The position numbers and the translations under genes were made by a program. The notes under the pieces were generated by a model. It saw nothing but the letters and a program-made list of their open reading frames with translations. It did no database searches and was not told the DNA's origin. This document shows, one piece after another, positions 1-12,333 of a stretch of 64,000 nt of DNA (position 1 is the first letter of the stretch; every line of letters starts with the position of its first letter). The DNA is taken from contig OZ024749.1 of NCBI GenBank assembly GCA_964016885.1, positions 25,358,001 through 25,422,000 on the forward strand, in the 5' to 3' direction. This DNA comes from Eledone cirrhosa (taxonomy: Eukaryota).

Positions 1-185
1 AAGGAATTGTGGTAAGGAACCAGATGGACCATAACGCACCAGAGTACTCAATACTTAGGGTAGTAGAGTAGGAAATAGGAAAAAGTATGACCCCGACGGC
101 AGAGCTCAAGCCGTTTCGACGGCTATTTAGTCCAGAAATAGCCGTCGGAACGGCGTGAGCTCTGCCGTCGGGGTCATACTTTTTG

Positions 186-188
<3 letters not shown>
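1..188. mobile_element. Fold-back pLTR-like element (arms 76-128/136-188) with left tail; related to 57130-57310 and 27798-27870
   Basis: About 53-bp near-perfect inverted repeat ending in (TA)n. The same taggaaaa..gaccccgacggc arm and gtggtaaggaacc tail recur at 57.1-57.3 kb. Confidence 0.7.
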
Positions 189-228
<40 letters not shown>

Positions 229-356
229 TGATAATAATTAAAATAGCATCTTTTGCGATGAAAGAAAATGTCTCCAAACATTATTAAAATCCAGAGAATA
301 GATATATTAAATTAAGACCCTAAATAGAAACATAGCTTTACATATCGATATATATG

Positions 357-1292
<936 letters not shown>

Positions 1293-1336
1293 TACATATA
1301 TACATACATATATATATATATATATATACATATATT

Positions 1337-1529
<193 letters not shown>

Positions 1530-2041
1530 ATATTTGGGAGGGTCATATTTGCGTAATATTGCCAGAATTAATAACAGAACACACTCACTGTTTGGTTGGT
1601 TTTCGCTTCTCGCTGTCTTTTATATATATATATCTGCGATCTAACTTACTCGGTCCTCAATGTTGCCATTGACTGACCGGCGGTCAAAAATAATACAGAT
1701 ACAATATAGACACAAACACATATATATAGTTTACATAATTTACATAAATCTTTCGTTGCACATCTGCAACATCGTCAGTGGTGTTATATTCATTGTTCCT
1801 CCTGTTGTGTTGTATGTCTACGCCATTTTTTTTTTGTTCAGTCTGTCTATATATTTATTTATTTATTTGCTTGTTTGTTTATCTTATTTTATTTTGTCTT
1901 CTTTGCGCATGCGTTTGCGTGTGTGTATAGTGTGATGTGTGACTAGTGTGTACAGTGTTGTGTCTGCTGGGTGACTAGTGTGTGTTTATGTGCTTGTGTA
2001 TGTATTTATTTATCTTATTTTATTTTATTTTATTTACTTAT

Positions 2042-5000
2042 TTATACTTCTCTTAGGTCAGTGTTGTTTGTTTGGGTGTTGTTGTTGTTCCACTCATTCT
2101 TTCTGTTTAGCTTTGGTCTTCTAATTTCTATTTCACTGGCCTCTCTGATTTGCCTATCTGCTGGGTCATTCCTATGTTTAGATATTATTCTAATTTCTAT
2201 GTTGTCTATGTTACCGTCATGTTGTTGTCTAGCATGTTCGTATAGTACTGACCCGTTTTTTCGTCCTTTTAGTTCCCCCCAGTGTTGGTCTATCCTTTCA
2301 CCTATGCTACGAGCTGTCTCACCTATGTATGTTGTTGTCATGTTTCTGCAAGTACCCTCTGTACATCTTATGCTATAGACTACGTTTCTAGTTTTACAGT
2401 TTATCCGGGGGTTCACCTTACAAATGATACATTTCCTATTGGTACAGTGGGTTTTCTTAAAAGGGTAGGTTTTGCTGATCAGGGATTTTATGGTGGTTCC
2501 TGGCTTTTCTACCACCTTTATTTTTAAGTGGGTCTTTCTCAGGGCCTTTCTACACTGGTTAGCTAATTTCCCTCCAGGGGTGGCGTCCACAAACATGACA
2601 CTCTGATATCTCTGGTTGTCGTACCATGATGTGGCCTTCCCTATCTTATGTCTAGCCCTATCTAAGCTATTCCATGATTTGCTCCTGTATAGTGGGCAAA
2701 TTCCTTTCATGTCCAGTTCTATGAGGGTCTTATACTTTTCCATGGCTCCTTCGTATACTCTGACTCTGTCTCTTTGGTTGTAGCCAGAGAACTGCATGCA
2801 GTTGATGAAGTGTTGGATGTGTCCTTCCATTTCTGTTGGGTCGCACATGCTGGACACATTCTTCATCACTCGTACCAAATCTGCGATCAGAATATTAAAC
2901 TTAGCACTACTGGACATTGCTGAGTTTTTGAGTATCAGGTATTTGGAGGCCATGGGTTTAGCATAGTGTGAGTGGAGAATTTGGGCTCTCTCGTCTATAG
3001 TGTTAATCCAGAGTTCTGTGTCTAATACAGGTAGTCTATTGTTAGGGTGTTTGGAAGGGAAGTCTATAGTTACAGTTATACTCTGGTGTATGGAATTAGC
3101 TATCTGCTGGATGCTTTCCATCGTGCTACGTTCTAAATCAAACTTGTTAGTGCTCTCTAGTGGGGGTGTTCTTATAACTATATTGATATCGTCTACATAA
3201 CGAGAGTACATGATGAGGTCTATGGAGCTTTCATTAAGGAGATCTTTAAGTCTCCTTTCCCACCATACCATGAAAAGGTTGGCAACATCACCAGCTATGC
3301 TGACGCCGATGGCTGCTCCCTCATTTTGGGTGTAGATTTTCTCATTGAACTTAAATATGTGGCCCTTTAGGGTAGTTTTGATACTAGCCCCTATTGCATG
3401 TGCGACCATTTTTCTTACCTGATCAGTGTTTTGGGGGGTCCGTATAGCTTTGGTCCACCCAATCCACCTTCCTATGGGAGTCTTTTTAGCCATTGAGGTT
3501 ATGGTGGGGGGTCTACCTCTTATAGGTCTACTAGGGCAGAAACATCTAAGGTCATGGCTGTCTAGGTAGTCAGTGTCGTAGGTAAGTCTAAGTAGGAGGC
3601 CCAGTTCGTCTGTGTCGACGTCGCAGAACTCCACCTCACTCTCAATGATCATCTCCACACATCTTTTCACAGCAAAATCAATGTTAATGGATGGGTACAG
3701 TGACACCACATCCATGCTGCCTATTATGCAGTTGGATAGGCTCCTGTTTTTGTTGCACTCACTGATTCTGCTGAGGAGGTCCTCTGTACTTTCACTTACA
3801 TCTGGGGACATCTTGATTATGGGGCGTATAACCATTGAGAGGAAGTAGGAGATCCTGTAGTTGCTAGCTATATTAGCTCCGCATACGGGTCTTGTTGGTG
3901 GTCCTGTTGTCGGGTCGTCGACTGTCTTGTGGTCCTTGCGGAGCCCATACAAGGGTGGTATGCCATTGTTAGACGCCTGGAAGTTGTTGGCAGTGCGTCT
4001 GCTTGGCTTTAGGATGTCAGTCCACATCATCATGTGAGCGTTGAGGATTTTTTCTCTCCCATCGTGTGTTAGTTGTGCAACTTCGCTCGTGTTGGTGATG
4101 TGGGGTTGCATTGCCTCGATGTAGTTCGGCATGCTATCTATTGACATCCTACCAGACTTATCTGTGGGTAGACACACTACCTCACCATCCCTTGTGCGCT
4201 GCTTGAGGCTAACCACGCCTTCTACAGGTTTTATCCCAAGTTGTTGGGCCTCTGGTCTGCTCTGTCTCATAGTGTACCTGTCTACTACTTGTCTAATCTT
4301 GTTTCTAGCTATGGTGAACTGTGCCTCCGTCTCGTCATCTATTTGCTGTGGTATGCAAACTCTTTTATTAAAGGGTAACCTCGTAGGATAGATATTACCC
4401 ATCTTATATGTTTTGTCAGCTGGGTTGAAAAATAGTTTCTCTAAGGGGTTGTCGTTATTTCTATCGTCATAGTTGTGTGTGTTGCTATTATTGTTATCAT
4501 GGTGGTTGTTTTTGTTTCTATCATTAGCATTAATATTATTATTGTTATGATTGCTAGATGTATTGTTGTTTACTTCACCGTTATTGTTGTTGTTGTTACT
4601 GCTATTTCTACCATTGTGGTTGTTACTATTATTATGTTTCTTGTTTTTGTTGATGTTGCTACATGTACTATTTCCATTATTACCACTGTGGTTATTGTTG
4701 TTGTTGTTGTTGTTCGTATTGTTACCGTTATTACTACTGTGGTCACTGTTGCTGTGTCTGTGGTTAACGTTTCTATTATTATTATTATTGTGGTTGTTGT
4801 TGTTCTGTCTATCGCTAGTATTATTGCCATTATCACTATTTCTCACTTTCCTGCCATTGTTATGGTTATGGCTGTTATTTCTATACCCAGAGTTATTGTT
4901 TATATTACTACTACCGTTATTATTGTTGTTGTTGTTTACCTTTGCATTCCAACGTATTTTTGTGAAACACTTTTCCAGCTCCGTTTTGCATTCCATACGG

Positions 5001-5485
5001 TTAATCTTTTTGTAGATGGCAAATTTTGGTGGTAACTTTAGGATTTGTTGTTCTTGTTCACTGATTAAAGTGTTCCCATAGATATTTACAGTGTGGTCAT
5101 TGGTAAATTCTTCCGGTAGTTTTACATCACTCATACGGATGTTGTCGATGTTATCTGGGTATTTTTGAGAATATTCGATTTTCCTTTCTTGTAGTTTTTT
5201 CTTATTCATCCATTCTAATTTCTTCTTGAAATGCCTACAGCATTCGTTTTGAGCATATTTCGTTTCGCGTCGGATGACGCTCATGAAGTCATCTCTCTCG
5301 TTTGCTGTGATGAGATTTCGGATTTCCTTACCGTTGATGCGTTTTTGTCTGTAGAGTGCGTTGACTTTTGTGTATGTTGTTCTTTTCATATTAACTGTTA
5401 TTGTGTGTTTTAGCCGTTCAGCTTGTGTTTTGTTCAATAATAAATTATTTACTTGTTTTGATATGTTTGTTGTGTATGTTTTGGA
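2042..5485 (-). CDS. PLE polyprotein, 5'-truncated: N-terminal domain, Asn-rich tract, reverse transcriptase, Cys linker, GIY-YIG endonuclease
   Basis: Motifs LPTDKSG, LYGLRKDHK, GSMDVVSLYPSI, GAAIG, YSRYVDD, CxxxxCxxC, NVVYSIRC, YIGETARSIGER. The frame stays open upstream of the annotated TTG to the arm junction. Confidence 0.92.
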   Translation of the reverse strand, partial: SKTYTTNISKQVNNLLLNKTQAERLKHTITVNMKRTTYTKVNALYRQKRINGKEIRNLITANERDDFMSVIRRETKYAQNECCRHFKKKLEWMNKKKLQERKIEYSQKYPDNIDNIRMSDVKLPEEFTNDHTVNIYGNTLISEQEQQILKLPPKFAIYKKINRMECKTELEKCFTKIRWNAKVNNNNNNNGSSNINNNSGYRNNSHNHNNGRKVRNSDNGNNTSDRQNNNNHNNNNNRNVNHRHSNSDHSSNNGNNTNNNNNNNNHSGNNGNSTCSNINKNKKHNNSNNHNGRNSSNNNNNNGEVNNNTSSNHNNNNINANDRNKNNHHDNNNSNTHNYDDRNNDNPLEKLFFNPADKTYKMGNIYPTRLPFNKRVCIPQQIDDETEAQFTIARNKIRQVVDRYTMRQSRPEAQQLGIKPVEGVVSLKQRTRDGEVVCLPTDKSGRMSIDSMPNYIEAMQPHITNTSEVAQLTHDGREKILNAHMMMWTDILKPSRRTANNFQASNNGIPPLYGLRKDHKTVDDPTTGPPTRPVCGANIASNYRISYFLSMVIRPIIKMSPDVSESTEDLLSRISECNKNRSLSNCIIGSMDVVSLYPSINIDFAVKRCVEMIIESEVEFCDVDTDELGLLLRLTYDTDYLDSHDLRCFCPSRPIRGRPPTITSMAKKTPIGRWIGWTKAIRTPQNTDQVRKMVAHAIGASIKTTLKGHIFKFNEKIYTQNEGAAIGVSIAGDVANLFMVWWERRLKDLLNESSIDLIMYSRYVDDINIVIRTPPLESTNKFDLERSTMESIQQIANSIHQSITVTIDFPSKHPNNRLPVLDTELWINTIDERAQILHSHYAKPMASKYLILKNSAMSSSAKFNILIADLVRVMKNVSSMCDPTEMEGHIQHFINCMQFSGYNQRDRVRVYEGAMEKYKTLIELDMKGICPLYRSKSWNSLDRARHKIGKATSWYDNQRYQSVMFVDATPGGKLANQCRKALRKTHLKIKVVEKPGTTIKSLISKTYPFKKTHCTNRKCIICKVNPRINCKTRNVVYSIRCTEGTCRNMTTTYIGETARSIGERIDQHWGELKGRKNGSVLYEHARQQHDGNIDNIEIRIISKHRNDPADRQIREASEIEIRRPKLNRKNEWNNNNTQTNNTDLREV

Positions 5486-5596
5486 CTGGGCCTCCTACTT
5501 AGACTTACCTACGACACTGACTACCTAGACAGCCATGAACTTAGATGTTTCTGCCCTAGGAGACCTATAAGAGGTAGACCCCCCACCATAACCTCA

Positions 5597-7048
5597 ATGG
5601 CTAAAAAGACTCCCATAGGAAGGTGGATTGGGTGGACCAAAGCTATACGGACCCCCCAAAACACTGATCAGGTAAGAAAAATGGTCGCACATGCAATAGG
5701 GGCTAGTATCAAAACTACCCTAAAGGGCCACATATTTAAGTTCAATGAGAAAATCTACACCCAAAATGAGGGAGCAGCCATCGGCGTCAGCATAGCTGGT
5801 GATGTTGCCAACCTTTTCATGGTATGGTGGGAAAGGAGACTTAAAGATCTCCTTAATGAAAGCTCCATAGACCTCATCATGTACTCTCGTTATGTAGACG
5901 ATATCAATATAGTTATAAGAACACCCCCACTAGAGAGCACTAACAAGTTTGATTTAGAACGTAGTACGATGGAAAGCATCCAGCAGATAGCTAATTCCAT
6001 ACACCAGAGTATAACTGTAACTATAGACTTCCCTTCCAAACACCCTAACAATAGACTACCTGTATTAGACACAGAACTCTGGATTAACACTATAGACGAG
6101 AGAGCCCAAATTCTCCACTCACACTATGCTAAACCCATGGCCTCCAAATACCTGATACTCAAAAACTCAGCAATGTCCAGTAGTGCTAAGTTTAATATTC
6201 TGATCGCAGATTTGGTACGAGTGATGAAGAATGTGTCCAGCATGTGCGACCCAACAGAAATGGAAGGACACATCCAACACTTCATCAACCGCATGCAGTT
6301 CTCTGGCTACAACCAAAGAGACAGAGTCAGAGTATACGAAGGAGCCATGGAAAAGTATAAGACCCTCATAGAACTGGACATGAAAGGAATTTGCCCACTA
6401 TACAGGAGCAAATCATGGAATAGCTTAGATAGGGCTAGACATAAGATAGGGAAGGCCACATCATGGTACGACAACCAGAGATATCAGAGTGTCATGTTTG
6501 TGGACGCCACCCCTGGAGGGAAATTAGCTAACCAGTGTAGAAAGGCCCTGAGAAAGACCCACTTAAAAATAAAGGTGGTAGAAAAGCCAGGAACCACCAT
6601 AAAATCCCTGATCAGCAAAACCTACCCTTTTAAGAAAACCCACTGTACCAATAGGAAATGTATCATTTGTAAGGTGAACCCCCGGATAAACTGTAAAACT
6701 AGAAACGTAGTCTATAGCATAAGATGTACAGAGGGTAATTGCAGAAACATGACAACAACATACATAGGTGAGACAGCTCGTAGCATAGGTGAAAGGATAG
6801 ACCAACACTGGGGGGAACTAAAAGGACGAAAAAACGGGTCAGTACTATACGAACATGCTAGACAACAACATGACGGTAACATAGACAACATAGAAATTAG
6901 AATAATATCTAAACATAGGAATGACCCAGCATATAGGCAAATCAGAGAGGCCAGTGAGATAGAAATTAGAAGACCAAAGCTAAACAGAAAGAATGAGTGG
7001 AACAACAACAACACCCAAACAAACAACACTGACCTAAGAGAAGTATAA
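5597..7048 (+). CDS. PLE RT C-terminal half + GIY-YIG endonuclease (5'-truncated second arm)
   Basis: Nearly identical to the C-terminal 483 aa of the minus-arm ORF, with three visible amino-acid differences. Confidence 0.9.
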   Translation: MAKKTPIGRWIGWTKAIRTPQNTDQVRKMVAHAIGASIKTTLKGHIFKFNEKIYTQNEGAAIGVSIAGDVANLFMVWWERRLKDLLNESSIDLIMYSRYVDDINIVIRTPPLESTNKFDLERSTMESIQQIANSIHQSITVTIDFPSKHPNNRLPVLDTELWINTIDERAQILHSHYAKPMASKYLILKNSAMSSSAKFNILIADLVRVMKNVSSMCDPTEMEGHIQHFINRMQFSGYNQRDRVRVYEGAMEKYKTLIELDMKGICPLYRSKSWNSLDRARHKIGKATSWYDNQRYQSVMFVDATPGGKLANQCRKALRKTHLKIKVVEKPGTTIKSLISKTYPFKKTHCTNRKCIICKVNPRINCKTRNVVYSIRCTEGNCRNMTTTYIGETARSIGERIDQHWGELKGRKNGSVLYEHARQQHDGNIDNIEIRIISKHRNDPAYRQIREASEIEIRRPKLNRKNEWNNNNTQTNNTDLREV

Positions 7049-7310
7049 ATAAGTAAATAAAATTAAATAAAATAAGATAAATAAATACATACACAAGCAC
7101 ATAAACACACACTAGTCACCCAGCAGACACAACACTATACACACTAGTCACACATCACACTATACACACACGCAAACGCATGCGCAAAGAAGACAAAATA
7201 AAATAAGATAAACAAACAAGCAAATAAATAAATAAATATATAGACAGACTGAACAAAAAAAAAAATGGCGTAGACATACAACACAACAGGAGGAACAATG
7301 AATATAACAC

Positions 7311-7348
7311 CACTGACGATGTTGCAGATGTGCAACGAAAGATTTATG
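7311..7348 (+). ncRNA. Minimal hammerhead-like motif in PLE pLTR (copies at 1743-1780 -, 24513-24550 -, 56863-56906 +)
   Basis: CA CTGACGA T GTTGCA-gatg-TGCAAC GAAA GATT TA TG. Core and stem II are clear; stem I is weak. Confidence 0.55.
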
Positions 7349-7624
7349 TAAATTATGTAAACTATATATATGTGTTTGTGTCTATATTGTATCTGTATTA
7401 TTTTTGACCGCCGGTCAGTCAATGGCAACATTGAGGACCGAGTAAGTTAGATCGCAGATATATATATATATAAGACAGCGAGAAGCGAAAACCAACCAAA
7501 CAGTGAGTGTGTTCTGTTATTAATTCTGGCAATATTACGCAAATATGACCCTCCCCAAATATAACAATATCTGTTTCGACACACGATTTCATATAAAAAA
7601 CCTCGCAAAACTAATTCATCGCCG

Positions 7625-7714
<90 letters not shown>

Positions 7715-7989
7715 GTGTGCGTATGTGTGTGTATATATATGTGTGTGTGTGTGTATGTATATATATACATATATATATATATATATGGGTGTGTTGGGGG
7801 GGGGTATGTGTGTGTGTAATATGTAAACAGAAATAACACAAATAAGAAAAATACTATTGGCAAAGTACATGGAAGGAATATATTAGTTGGTTGTTAGAAA
7901 TGGTAGCTTCGAAATTCGTGCAAAATACACCTATAGGCGGAAAATATGGGGAATAGTACTCCGCACCTCTATAATTGCGGGTGAGCGCA

Positions 7990-8048
<59 letters not shown>

Positions 8049-8065
8049 ACGAAGAATGTGTGGCA

Positions 8066-8115
<50 letters not shown>

Positions 8116-8162
8116 AGAGAGAGAGAGAGAGAGAGATAAATAGATTGATAGATAGATACATG

Positions 8163-8281
<119 letters not shown>

Positions 8282-8380
8282 ACTGTATATATGCTTGATA
8301 CATATTTAGAGTGTTAGATAGAGATTTAGATACGTGGATAGATAGATAGTTAGATAGATAAGTAGATAGATAGAGAGATA

Positions 8381-11300
8381 AATTTTTTTTTATTTGCCAC
8401 CAGGGCATCAACAAGTGGGACAAGTACAATGGGGGGAGTTTACATAACAAGGCGTCCTCAATAAGGAGGAGGCAATAACAAGATATAAAAATAAAATACA
8501 ACATAACGAAATAAATTTTATATCAAAATCCACAATAGGGAGGAGGCGCCTTGGGGGGTCGCACACACCCCCGAAAAAAGTGTGCAACCCTTCTCCTCAG
8601 GAGCACAGAGAGGGGGTGCTCCCTTGATCTTTTATCTTCCTCACCTATAGTCTGATGTAGAGTGAAGGCCCATTCACACGGGCCATTCTCGCCACATTCA
8701 CCCATCTTCCATAAGAACGGCTGGGGTGCAGCACCTCTTTCTCCATCCTGATCCTTCTTCCGAAATGATATCGGAAGAAACGGCCCAGTTGTTGGCCAGA
8801 GAGAAAGGTGTCTGACCTCAGTCCTTTCAGACGCGTCCACCATACAACCTCTTTCGCCATGGCTATTAGGCACAGAAACACCGCCTCTCCGTTTTTGAAG
8901 AGGGTAGGCGGCTTGATCGTTACAATAGACTCGGTGGTCAACCGGATTGGTCCAACCCTTGACAGCAGTTGTTTGACATAGCCCCACAGATCGGCAATGA
9001 CCGAGCAGTGTACCAATGCGTGTGCAACGGTTTCCTCGTCGCACACGCATCTGGGACAGATCTTTTTCGAGGGGTCCCTACCCGGGCGCCCGTGTCTGTA
9101 GAGCCTTTCTCGAACGGGCAGAGCCCTTCTGTAGCACTGCCAGGCCAGGGACCTCTGGAAGTTATCCATGGGTCCCGGGCTAAATGTCCTACCGAACAGC
9201 TTGGCCAGTTCGTCTTCCTCCATGCCTAGGGCTTCTCAGAGGGCGTCGTCGTACCTGCTAACCACCAGCCCTCTATAGAATGACGAGTGGAATACTCCAC
9301 TGACAGCCGGGTCCGCCTGCCAGAGAGCCGTGAGCGCCTGGGCACACACGGTGTGCCAGGCGCCCAGTTTTCTCGGTCTTTGCTTGACCCAGGATTGCAG
9401 GTCGGTGAGTGAGACGAGTCTGGGAAAGGCTCACCTCACAAACGGGGTCCTCACCGGTTGACCGGTGAGGAATACCTGGAGGTACCGTAGCCTTAATGCG
9501 TGTTTACGTATCATTAGCCACGGAATTCCCAGCCCTCCTTTCGAAGGGTGTTGACAGCAGATGGATCACCTCACAATAGGAGCCCGCCTCTTCCAAAGGA
9601 ATTTTGAAGAGTGCGCGCTCCATTTTGGCGTGTGTTTCCCTTGGACAAGACACAACGGTCAGGCGATAGTAGATGACGGACGCTATATAAGTGTTCGCTA
9701 CCTCCACCCGACCTTTCAGGGACAGTTTGCACTCGGCCCACTTCTGGGTCAGTGCAAACACCCTGTTCGTTACCTCACCTCAGTCTTCTCCACCTGGAGG
9801 TCTGGTCCGAACCAGATCCCGAGCAACTTCACGGGCCCTCCGTCCAGCACCCGACGTCGTCATCGAAGGGCATCGATCTGCCCCTCCACGTGCCGAGTTG
9901 CAGACCGATCGACTTGTCCCGGTTCAGCTTAGCCCCTGTAAACCTTTCGTACTCCTCCAGTAAGGTGCCGATCGCCCCAATTTCCGAGGCCGTAGACACC
10001 ATTACTGTTACGTCGTCGGCGTAGGCCGACACCGCTTTCCGCAATCCCGGTTCCAACGGGGTGCCCTGCAACAACTCCAACTTCCGCAGCAGTGGCTCTA
10101 GAGTCATTACATACAGAAGGGAGGAGATAGGGCACCCTTTTCGGATGGACCACGCGATTTCGAACGGTTCCGAGAGGTAGCCGTTCACCTTGACGCTAGA
10201 GCAGATGCGGCTGCTGTGCATGGCATTGATCCAGCCCCTGAAAACGTTTCCGAAGCCTGCCGCCGCTAGCACCGCATCCAGGTAACCATGGTCGACCCTA
10301 TCGAAACCCTTAGATTGATCCAAGTTGATCAGGGCCCCACCAAAGCCGGGTTCGTTCCCAAACCTCTCTATGATGTATGGCATGAGGTGGAGGTTGTCGT
10401 GGATGGACATGGAAGGGATAGCACATGTCTGCGCATCTCCCACCAGGTTGCCCACGACAAACGCCAACCTCTTTGCTAGCACCTTGGCCAAAATCTGTAA
10501 CTCTGTATTTAGCAGAGTTATGGGCCTGAAATTATTTATATCGTCCCCCTTGTTCTCGTCCTTCCTCACTAGCGTGACTACGCCCTTGGTCACAGCACAG
10601 GGAATTCTCCCGTTCTGTTGCCAGTTGCAGTAGACCGCCTCGAGGAGATCGGGGAACAAGTCCGGCATAGTTAGATATAGTTCGTATGGAAGTCCATCAA
10701 GACCCGGGAATTTGCGTTTGCCGCATAGGCTCAGCACGTCCTCTATCTCAGAGGCTGAAATCGGCTCCTCGCAGGCCTTCGCCTCCCTGTCCGAAAGACG
10801 CGACAGGCCGTCGCGGTATGGACCGAAGTCCACTTCCCCAGCCGGCTCCCCGCCCCTTCCGAACAATCTGGCAAAGTGCTTTTGAAAAGCCTCGAACATC
10901 TGCTTAGGTTCAAGGATCACCCGTCCTGGTCTCGCAAAGACCGGATAGTGGATCTACTCCCTCTTTTGGCTTTTGTCACGCGGGTCCAGCTAACAGCTTT
11001 GGTCCCCTCGTTTCCCAGAGCACGTATTTTGCTTCGGATGATGCAGCCTTCGTGTTTCGCGTCGAAGAACTGGCCCAGGGCCGTTCTCGACGCTAGCACT
11101 CTGGCCACGTTGCCGCTTCTAATTGCCTCTTCTACACTATCTACCAACTCCCTTTCCTTCATTCTATAGAGACTAAATTCTATAGAGACTACTCTAATCT
11201 CTCTTTTGAGAGATCCCCACCACCTGCTGTTGACGATGGCGCCCGTCAACCGCTCCTTAACTAAAGTGCTAATCCGGTCCCTGTAAGCCTTACTTACCGG

Positions 11301-12078
11301 TAAGGACAAGTTGAGCTTCCAGTAACCGGGTCCCTATCTATGCGTTCTGTCAAGTTTGACCATGCAGCTCACTAACTTGTGGTCTGAATAGCCAACCATG
11401 CGCATTTTTGGACAACTTAAAAAGTCCTTATCCTTAATTCTAACTAAGAACCTACCTAGGTACGACCTAGATGATCCGCTGCAATTTGCCCAAGTCCAGG
11501 TTGGCGCAGTCGGAAAATCTAGTCGATATCTATGGGCCACGTCAAATCGACCGATTAACCCTTTGAGGCTATTACACCCCTCTCTATCGGGACAGACCCC
11601 CTACGTAGTCCCAGCGTGCTTCTAGGATACCATTCCAGTCCCCCACTAATAGCAATGAGCGGGACGTCCCTAGAAAAGTCTCCAGACGATGGAAGAAGTC
11701 CGGCCGCATTGACCCGAAAGGGCCGTAGGCGGCTACCAACCTAAATGCTCCGCCTTCACCACTGCCAAGGTCCAGAACCACTAGTCGACCCTCCGGGTCC
11801 AAAGGTACCATCTGTGTTGCGAGACCCAGATGTTTTTTTCAGCAGAACGACAACCCCACCCCCACCTCCGGGCTGACAGAGAGATGCGTGCATCTCAAAG
11901 TCATCAAAGGTGGGGGCCAGTTGTCGCATGTTGCTGATAACCATCAAATCTATACGTTGTGACCTGAGGTCATTTAGAAGCATTGCTTGCTTCCAAGTTG
12001 AGCCCAGGCCACGCGCATTTAAACAGCCTACTCTTAGCATAGCCATGTTGGTGGTGAAGAGAAAAGGCACTTACCTCA
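8381..12078 (-). mobile_element. L1/Tx1-clade LINE, 5'-truncated at the ORF1/ORF2 boundary, ORF2 with several frameshifts and stops
   Basis: Fragments carry an APE endonuclease (GCLNARGL, GDWN, SDH), RT (RPITLLNTE, AYADD) and a C-terminal CPRC..ETVAHALVHC. AATAAA/A-run at the 3' end abuts (GATA)n-like repeats. Confidence 0.92.
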
Positions 12079-12333
12079 TAGATAGATAGATAGATAGATA
12101 TATAGATAGATAGATACATTTCTTTATTTACCATAAAGGCATAAAAAGAAGGGACAAATACAAAGGGGGAGTTTACATATAATCGAGTAAAAAGGGTGTA
12201 ACGTGAAAATAATCGAAAATAACCTCAAAAGGGAGGGGGCGTGATGGGGGTTGCACACACCCCCGAAAAAGTGTGCAATCCTTTGCCCGGGGAGCACATG
12301 GAGAAGGTGCTCCCCTCTCCTTTACTTCTTTAC

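Noticed and set aside
4475-5035. Hydrophobic poly-L/V/I ORFs on the plus strand
   Set aside because: They are antisense shadows of the Asn-rich tract.
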